DNA of 12,944 bases from Oligoflexales bacterium. GTDB taxonomy: Bacteria; Bdellovibrionota_B; Oligoflexia; Oligoflexales; CAIYRB01. A program made the position numbers and the translations under genes. Below, piece by piece: positions 7,173-12,944 of the stretch. The first letter of the stretch is position 1. Every line of letters begins with the position of its first letter. The stretch is from positions 1 to 12,944 of the forward strand of contig JBGSUI010000208.1 of assembly GCA_041736175.1 (NCBI GenBank). The letters run 5' to 3'. Below the pieces are notes generated by a model that was given only the letters and a program-made list of their open reading frames with translations, did not search any database and was not told where the DNA came from.

Positions 7173-8322
7173 TTAAAATATTCTTCCAGACCACAACTCC
7201 GCGACAAAATCAGCCCAAGGATAGACTTCGATCCCGTCCCCTAAAAGACGCTTATTTTGATCTAGGCTTACAACAATTCGTCTTCCCACACCGGGGTGAT
7301 CTCTTTGATTTGAAGGAGGCCATTGATGTGGTTTTGGTTGACTTGTTGGGTTGCCTTAGCCTCGATACAGATTTCCATATCGTTAACGATAAAATCCACT
7401 TCTATTCCAGTAGATAAACGCCAATAGGTTAAATCAGCGTATAAATCTCTGTAATGATTGTAAGCTACCAGTTCATGAAAAAGCCAATTTTCAAATGCTT
7501 TACCAAAAACCTCTGATCCTGGTTCGATAGATTTTCGCTTTGCTAGGAAGTTGACCACACCAAGATCAAAGAAATAAAATTTATCGGCTCCTTGGATGCG
7601 GCGTTTTGGTTTTTTTTTGTAGAGAGGTAAAAAAGAACCGAGTAACGTATCCACCAATATCTGGTAGTATTCTTTGATTGTTTGACTTGATACGCCAACA
7701 TCCCTGGCAAAAGTGGAGTAGTTGACTGGTTCGGTATCTGATAGTGCAGCTAGATTGAGAAAGTTGCCAAAAATAGGGAGGTTCCGCACCAGCCCCTCAG
7801 CTGCAACCTCTTCTTTTAAATAATCTCCCGTATAAGAAGCGAGTCTAGGCCAGACCTGATCTGCTAGATAATGTTTCGGGAGAAGTCCATGATTAAGCGC
7901 CCTCACCAAGGAAAAGTCAGCCCCTACTTCAGCGCTGACGAGTCCATGGAGCTCTTTTCGTAACGCGCGACCTCCAAGTAAATTAGCGGCACCTCTTTTT
8001 AGCTTTCGCGCACTTGAGCCACTTAATACAAAGATCAGACCCTTATTTTCGATTAACCAATGAACTTCGTCCAGTAATTGTGGGACCTTTTGTACTTCGT
8101 CAATAACGATAAGGCTGCCCGGTGTCAGATCGGCTGCAGCCTCCTCACGGAGCAAATGTGGCGATTGGGCATAGCGGGCAAAGATGTCGGACTGGAGTAG
8201 GTCGATCCAAAGTGCGTGCGGGTAGAGGCTTTTTAAAAGAGTTGACTTACCTGATTGGCGAGGACCCCACAAAAAAAACTTTGATCTGGATTTTTATCTA
8301 AAGAAATCAATCTTTTATACAA
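7173..8322 (-). pseudogene. COG1373-type ATP-binding protein (AAA_14 + DUF4143, C-terminal PD-(D/E)xK-like motif) with two apparent single-base deletions; about 383 aa when repaired
   Basis: The core ORF 7268-8272 has Walker A GPRQSGKS, Walker B IVIDEVQ, SGSSARKL...GGRA and EVDF...IEAK. TTG at 8322 (SD AGAGGT) encodes MYKRLISLDKNPDQSFF, which joins LWGPRQ if the 8-T run (A 8271-8278) has 9 T. One extra base near 7300 restores the C-terminus DHPGVGRRIVVSLDQNKRLLGDGIEVYPWADFVAELWSGRIF* ending at 7173. Could be a sequencing artefact. Confidence 0.82.
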
Positions 8323-8436
8323 GGTTAAACCTCTACTTGAAAAATACATGTAATCTCAAACCAGTGGTAACACCAGGGTCGATTCCTTTCAATAAAAAAG
8401 GCACCTGATAAGGCACCTCCAAGGACTGGGAGCAAC

Positions 8437-10320
8437 CTACGGCACCTTTCCTGGTCCCTCGTTGACCCGGAGCGGCACCACCTTCATGTTTGTGACGTCC
8501 ACCAGGCCCTGGTCGGTGATCTTAAGATTACCGATGACTGGAAGGGCTAAGAAGGACAGCTGCAAAAAGGGTTCCTCCAGCACACATCCGGCCCGCTGGG
8601 CTAGGGATTTAAGCCGCCGTAGAGCCTCGCTGACCTGGCCGGGAGGCTCGTCGGTCATCAACCCGCCATAGGGTAGGGGGAGATGGGCTACCTCCCCTGA
8701 CTCATGGACGACGACGATGCCGCCGTCCATATCTAAAAGCCTTTCCCAAGCCATAAGCATCAAGTGGTCCGAAGACCCAACAAGCAGCGCATTATGGCTG
8801 TCGTGGTTGATACTCGTGGCGATGGCCCCCCGTTTGAGTCCAAACCCATGGACCAGGCCGATCCCTCGACTTTTAGTCTTGTGGTGGCGTTCGATCACCA
8901 TGATTTTGAGGATATCTTGGCTGAGGTCAGCCTCGATGGTGTGCAACGAGGTAACGACCAAGGTTTTTGTAAGGGATTTAGTGACGATCTGCTGGGGGAT
9001 GACACCGATGACCCGCACTTGGACAGGGGATCCTGGGGCGTCTTGGTCTGACGTAGGGATCCTTAAAAAATCCTTTAGGGACTCCCCGCGAAATTGGGTA
9101 TGGATATTGAGGTTGGTTTGGGCTGAAGGTGGCTTTGGTACCGGGACAAGAGGAGCTGCCGAGGATTTTGGCTGTATCCATTGGCCGCCTTTAAGGACCT
9201 TTTGGATCTGGATCCCAGACGTCCAATCGGGTTCGCCTTTTGTGGTGATCTTTGGCGCGACACAAACCAGGTCGGCCCGGTATCCAGGGGCTAAGGCCCC
9301 CCGGTCCAGGAGTTGGTACATCCGCGCAGCTCCATAACTGGCTGCGCGAAACACCGCAGCGGGTCCATGGCCCCCCATGAGGGCGAGGTTTATGATCCGG
9401 TCGATGTGACCTTCCGTTTCGATATCGAGAGGGTTGCGGTCGTCGCTGCAAAAACCCAGCACCGCAGAAGAGTAATCCGAAAGGAGGGGCAGCAGCGTCG
9501 ACGCATTTTTTGCACAGGACCCCTCTCGCAAGAGAACATGGATTCCCTTAGAAAGCTTTTCCTGGGCCTCCCCAAGAGTTGTCGACTCATGGCAGGTGTG
9601 GATCCCGGCAACGCCGTAGGCGTTGAGGTCTTTTCCCGAGAGCCCCGGACAGTGTCCATCCCGGGGTAGGGCGGCAAAGTCTTCGAGTTTGGTAAGGACA
9701 TCTGGGTCGCCTCCGAGGAGCCCCGGGTAGTTCATCATTTCGGCAAGACCGAGGACCCGGGGATGGTCCCTAAAACCACGAAGGTCCTGTGCCCTAAGGT
9801 CAGCACCACTGGTCTCAAGCCCTAGGCTTTGGCTTGTGGAGGGAACGCAGCTTGGGGCCATGATAAAAATACTGAGCAGGATTTCGGGGCCTGGTTCGCT
9901 CTGGTCCAGAGCCCACTGGATGCCTTGGACTCCCCAGACGTTGGCGATCTCGTGGGGATCCCAGATCACCGTGGTGGTGCCCCGCGGGAGGACTGTTTCA
10001 GAAAACCGCCTGGGGGTCATCAGACTGCTCTCGATATGCACGTGGGAGTCGATAAACCCTGGCACCACCCAGAATCCCGAACCATCGACCACCTGTTTAC
10101 CCACGTAGGACTCACCCACCCCGACGATGGTGCCTGCAGCGATGGCGAGATCCCCCTTTTGCCATTTTCCTTGGAACACATCGAGCCACTGGGATCCTTT
10201 GATCACCAGATCACAGGGTTCCAATCCCCGTGCGTAGCGGATCATGGAACCGAGGGCCAGGGGGTCATACTGGGATTTTTGGTAGGGTCGTGGCGTGTTG
10301 GGGAGGTGCTTGGGTGACAT
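8437..10320 (-). CDS. ade: Adenine deaminase (amidohydrolase superfamily, 627 aa)
   Basis: Motifs PGFIDSHVHIESS, DPHEIANV, EMMNYPG, DGHCPG, REGS, SDDRNP, ERHH, HDSHN and LSFLALPVI. ATG 10320 is preceded by SD GAGGA. Confidence 0.95.
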   Translation of the reverse strand: MSPKHLPNTPRPYQKSQYDPLALGSMIRYARGLEPCDLVIKGSQWLDVFQGKWQKGDLAIAAGTIVGVGESYVGKQVVDGSGFWVVPGFIDSHVHIESSLMTPRRFSETVLPRGTTTVIWDPHEIANVWGVQGIQWALDQSEPGPEILLSIFIMAPSCVPSTSQSLGLETSGADLRAQDLRGFRDHPRVLGLAEMMNYPGLLGGDPDVLTKLEDFAALPRDGHCPGLSGKDLNAYGVAGIHTCHESTTLGEAQEKLSKGIHVLLREGSCAKNASTLLPLLSDYSSAVLGFCSDDRNPLDIETEGHIDRIINLALMGGHGPAAVFRAASYGAARMYQLLDRGALAPGYRADLVCVAPKITTKGEPDWTSGIQIQKVLKGGQWIQPKSSAAPLVPVPKPPSAQTNLNIHTQFRGESLKDFLRIPTSDQDAPGSPVQVRVIGVIPQQIVTKSLTKTLVVTSLHTIEADLSQDILKIMVIERHHKTKSRGIGLVHGFGLKRGAIATSINHDSHNALLVGSSDHLMLMAWERLLDMDGGIVVVHESGEVAHLPLPYGGLMTDEPPGQVSEALRRLKSLAQRAGCVLEEPFLQLSFLALPVIGNLKITDQGLVDVTNMKVVPLRVNEGPGKVP

Positions 10321-10360
10321 GTTGTCCTCAATGTAAATGAGTAGCAAAGGAAAAGGGTTT

Positions 10361-11674
10361 TTAGAGACTCAGCCTAGGAAACGCCGCCAGTCCGTAGAGA
10401 GGGTAGTCATCATAGGGAGGATTTCTGGCAAATACCCCGGCGCTTACACGGCAGGCGACCGGCTGTTCGAAACGCTTAAGATATTCCCCTAAGCTTTTTG
10501 AGCGCAACTGGATTCCTGCCTTTACTTCCAGGGGAAAAATGTGACCCCCAGCTTCCACGACAAAGTCAACCTCAGCTTGGTTACCGCTAGCCCAATAGTA
10601 AAGGGGCTGGGGGTACTTCCAAAGCAGCTCTTGCGCCACGAAGTTCTCCGTAAATGCGCCGCGAAACTCCAGGAGGAGTTGGTTTCCCTGCAAAAACGCC
10701 ACGGGATCCAATGAGGCCATTGCTGCTAGCAGACCACAATCGAGTAGAAACACCTTAAAATGCTCATGATCAGCATAGCTTGCGAGGGGCAGTTTTGCTG
10801 TCTGAAGGTTACAGCATTTGATCAACAGCCCCGCATCGATGAGCCACTGTACGGCATCTTCGTGTGACCGAGCACGAGCGCCTTTGCCCACATCGGCATA
10901 CTTAAATTTGCGGTTTTCTCGCGATAATTGCGGGAGAATACTTTGCCACACTTGGTAGAGTTTCGGGATGAGCGGCGCTGGGGCGTGTTTAGCCATGTCC
11001 AGTTCATAGGCCCGAAGGATTGCCTGTTGGCTACGTCGTACCTCTTCCCAATTCTGTGTGCTGCAGTAGAGGGCCACGGCCTCGGGCATCCCTCCAGTGA
11101 GCATATAGATCTTAAGATAACCCAACAGTCTCTCGTGAAGTGACTCCGGCAGCCGATCCCAGTCAGCCTTAGCCGCAATATGGGTCGCTAGATCTGAAGC
11201 ATTAATAGCGTCGAGAAACTCAGCAAAGGACAGTGGGTGAACCTCCATAAAGTCGACTTTGCCTACTGGAAAGCCGATTCCTTGCTTTATTTTGACTCCG
11301 AGCAGGGAGCCTGCGGCAGCAACGTGATACTCCGGCGCAGTTTCGCAAAAATACTTGAGCGACGTGAGCGCCTCTGGAGCTTCTTGAAGTTCGTCAAAGA
11401 CCAGCAGTGTCTTCCCGGGTTCGATAACCATCCTGAGCTCGAGGCCTACTGCCTTTACAACGTCGGAGGGTTCTAGGGAGGCGCGAAAGAGATCTCGGGC
11501 AAGGGGTCTTTCCTCAAAATTAAGGTAGGCAAGATTTGCATAGTGGTCTCTGGCAAAGGTCTTGAGGGATGCGGTCTTTCCTACTTGGCGGGCACCGAGC
11601 AGGATAAGGGGTTTGCGTGTCGGGCGCATTTGCCACCGCTTCAGGTCCAAATTAAGTTTTCGTTTTAAATACAT
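10361..11674 (-). CDS. COG1373-type ATP-binding protein (AAA_14 + DUF4143, C-terminal PD-(D/E)xK-like motif), intact (437 aa)
   Basis: Motifs RKPLILLGARQVGKT, LVFDELQ, AAGSLLGV, FPVGKV, GGMPEAV, ENFVAQEL and AEVDFV...PLEVKAG. ATG 11674 is preceded by AGGTGA. Confidence 0.92.
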   Translation of the reverse strand: MYLKRKLNLDLKRWQMRPTRKPLILLGARQVGKTASLKTFARDHYANLAYLNFEERPLARDLFRASLEPSDVVKAVGLELRMVIEPGKTLLVFDELQEAPEALTSLKYFCETAPEYHVAAAGSLLGVKIKQGIGFPVGKVDFMEVHPLSFAEFLDAINASDLATHIAAKADWDRLPESLHERLLGYLKIYMLTGGMPEAVALYCSTQNWEEVRRSQQAILRAYELDMAKHAPAPLIPKLYQVWQSILPQLSRENRKFKYADVGKGARARSHEDAVQWLIDAGLLIKCCNLQTAKLPLASYADHEHFKVFLLDCGLLAAMASLDPVAFLQGNQLLLEFRGAFTENFVAQELLWKYPQPLYYWASGNQAEVDFVVEAGGHIFPLEVKAGIQLRSKSLGEYLKRFEQPVACRVSAGVFARNPPYDDYPLYGLAAFPRLSL

Positions 11675-11703
11675 AGTCACCTGGTGCAGATAATGTGCTC
11701 GGC

Positions 11704-11731
11704 TGCCATATTCTCATATGAGATTTTGGCA
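11704..11731. promoter_or_regulatory. 28-bp near-perfect palindrome, candidate operator of the 10361-11674 ATPase
   Basis: TGCCATATTCTCAT|ATGAGATTTTGGCA: 12 of 14 pairs match, with a perfect 12-bp core TCTCATATGAGA, 30 bp upstream of the ATG. Confidence 0.6.
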
Positions 11732-11760
11732 TGTCTGCCACTTTTTTTCAATGTTTATAA

Positions 11761-11773
11761 AATCAATGGGTTG
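11761..11773 (+). promoter_or_regulatory. IHF consensus site
   Basis: AATCAATGGGTTG is an exact match to WATCAANNNNTTR and has an AT-rich 5' flank. It is bracketed by the inverted 9-mers GCCACTTTT (11737-11745) and AAAAGTGGC (11785-11793). Confidence 0.5.
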
Positions 11774-11815
11774 ACGCTGCGACCAAAAGTGGCCGAAATT
11801 GAAAGTCGTCCGACA

Positions 11816-11836
11816 GATTCACGAGGTGACGGAAAT
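11816..11836 (+). repeat. 21-bp direct repeat, copy 2 (intergenic copy of the TetR 3' end)
   Basis: Identical to 2965-2985. Confidence 0.9.
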
Positions 11837-11894
11837 CTTGAATTCGGGACAATCAAATAACTCATTGTCGAGATCACCAGATAGCTGCGTCCAT

Positions 11895-11976
11895 GAAACA
11901 GGTCGGGTTTTTAGCAAAATTCCTCAGAAACAGGTCGGGTTTTTGGAAATTTTTGACAAAAACAGGTGTCATTTTT
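11895..11976 (+). repeat. Three direct repeats with exact 32-bp period upstream of the third ATPase
   Basis: GAAACAGGTCGGGTTTTT at 11895 and 11927, and AAAACAGGTGTCATTTTT at 11959. Confidence 0.85.
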
Positions 11977-11995
11977 GGCTTAGTAATTTTATAAT
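11966..11995 (+). promoter_or_regulatory. Putative sigma70 promoter for the ATPase at 12031
   Basis: Perfect TATAAT at 11990-11995, with GTGTCA (11966-11971) 18 bp upstream inside repeat 3. SD AGGAGGT precedes GTG 12031. Confidence 0.5.
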
Positions 11996-12030
11996 ATGAA
12001 TTATCCTGATGAGTTAAGGTAGGAGGTGCC

Positions 12031-12944
12031 GTGTTTCATCGATTTGCCGAAAAAGCGCTCTGGGAATGGTACCAGTCAAGTCATCGAAAACCCCTTGTGA
12101 TCCGCGGAGCCCGTCAGGTTGGTAAAACCTATCTGGTGCGAAGGTTTTGTATGCTACATCAAATCGATTTGGTTGAGATTAACCTCGAAGAAAAGAAGGT
12201 GAGCGAGTTTGAGCGAGAGACCTTTGATCTGACTCGTTGTATCAACGAGATCATAGCGTTAACCGGAAAAAGACTTACGGAAAGATCGCTTATATTTATT
12301 GACGAAATTCAGGAAAGCACCAAAGCCTACAGTCGATTGCGTTACTTTAAAGAACAAAGGTCCGATATCCCGGTCATCGCTGCGGGTAGTCTCCTGGAGG
12401 TACGCCTCAAAGAAACCAAGCAAAAAATACCCGTCGGTCGCGTCGATTTCTTTTTTTTAGGACCACTGACCTTTACTGAGTTTCTGCTGGCTTCCGGTCT
12501 TGGGGTGCTTGTGGACCACCTGTCTCACGGGGTGTTAAAAGAAAGCACAAACCCCATCAGCAGCTCTGTTCACGAACTCCTTACGCGGCATCTCTTGGAT
12601 TATCTTTTTGTCGGGGGCATGCCCGAGGTCGTCCAACAATTTCTTGAGCATCAAGGGGATTATCTAGCGGCGCGAAAGACCCAACAACAGATTGTGAATG
12701 CCTACCTAGAAGATGTCGATCGTTATGCAGAAGGTAAAGTCGCTGAGGTGATCAGGGATGTCTTAGATCGTATCCCCTTCGAAATCGGTAACAAAATAAT
12801 CTATAGCAGAAGTTTCCACAAAAATAACCGCATTTTTGACGTAACTTACGAAGCTTTATCGATATTTTGCGTCCTTCGATCCTCCGCTGGCTTTTTTCTC
12901 GAGTTTGTTTCTGAATTACGCCTTCGAAAGGCTTCCAAATACGT
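12031..12944 (+). CDS. Third COG1373-type ATP-binding protein (AAA_14 + DUF4143), partial; no stop in window, missing from the ORF track
   Basis: Manual translation: MFHRFAEKALWEWYQSSHRKPLVIRGARQVGKT...LIFIDEIQ...VIAAGSLL...IPVGRV...GPLTFTEFL...VGGMPEVV...GNKIIYS. The frame stays open to the window end, but family resemblance fades after about 12806. Confidence 0.9.
   Translation, partial: MFHRFAEKALWEWYQSSHRKPLVIRGARQVGKTYLVRRFCMLHQIDLVEINLEEKKVSEFERETFDLTRCINEIIALTGKRLTERSLIFIDEIQESTKAYSRLRYFKEQRSDIPVIAAGSLLEVRLKETKQKIPVGRVDFFFLGPLTFTEFLLASGLGVLVDHLSHGVLKESTNPISSSVHELLTRHLLDYLFVGGMPEVVQQFLEHQGDYLAARKTQQQIVNAYLEDVDRYAEGKVAEVIRDVLDRIPFEIGNKIIYSRSFHKNNRIFDVTYEALSIFCVLRSSAGFFLEFVSELRLRKASKY
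12807..12944 (-). mobile_element. Possible end of an insertion sequence interrupting the third ATPase
   Basis: ATPase similarity is lost right after the palindrome CTATAG (12801-12806). A minus-strand frame entering from the window end (TYLEAFRRRNSETNSRKKPAEDRRTQNIDKAS*) stops at 12846, 39 bp before the junction. Only one end is visible and no transposase motif is seen. Confidence 0.3.

Noticed and set aside
8398..8447. Short direct repeats A(A/C)GGCACCT x3 around the ade stop codon
   Set aside because: They are only 9 bp, irregularly spaced, and one copy is coding. This is insufficient to assign a function.
8462..11476. Multiple alternative-frame and antisense ORFs within ade and the intact ATPase (including the 206-aa ORF at 8717-9337)
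   Set aside because: These are shadow ORFs of GC-rich, well-supported genes and show no independent motifs.
8437..11674. RADAR-type (RdrA ATPase + RdrB adenosine deaminase) defence system
   Set aside because: The deaminase has the full motif set and size of metabolic adenine deaminase (Ade), and the ATPase is a ~440-aa COG1373 type. Neither resembles the large RdrA/RdrB proteins.
11895..11990. CRISPR mini-array
   Set aside because: The period is only 32 bp, the 14-bp linkers resemble each other, the repeats are not palindromic and no cas genes are in the window.
11799..11999. 66-aa ORF MKVVRQIHEVTEIL...
   Set aside because: It runs through the 21-bp repeat and the 32-bp operator array and has no SD. 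It is better explained as a TetR 3' fragment plus regulatory DNA.

Overview
Bacterial accessory locus that looks like a defence / toxin-antitoxin hotspot interleaved with metabolic and secreted-protein genes. In order: an AbiEi/AbiEii type IV TA pair with a long inverted-repeat operator, a TetR (WHG-type) regulator, a lipoprotein-signal AGE/cellobiose-2-epimerase-fold enzyme, a BrnT/BrnA-like type II TA pair with a palindromic operator, and a 525-aa lipoprotein with a eukaryote-like F-box motif and beta-rich C-terminus behind a correctly spaced sigma54 promoter motif. These are followed by a cluster of COG1373-type (AAA_14 + DUF4143) ATPase-nuclease paralogues flanking an adenine deaminase: one doubly frameshifted, one intact, one running off the window end and possibly interrupted, plus a probable 3' remnant of a fourth. 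A perfect 21-bp direct repeat (TetR 3' end and 11816-11836, near an IHF consensus) brackets about 8.8 kb. A 3 x 32-bp phased repeat array precedes the last ATPase. All family calls come from motif recognition by eye; no database searches were run.
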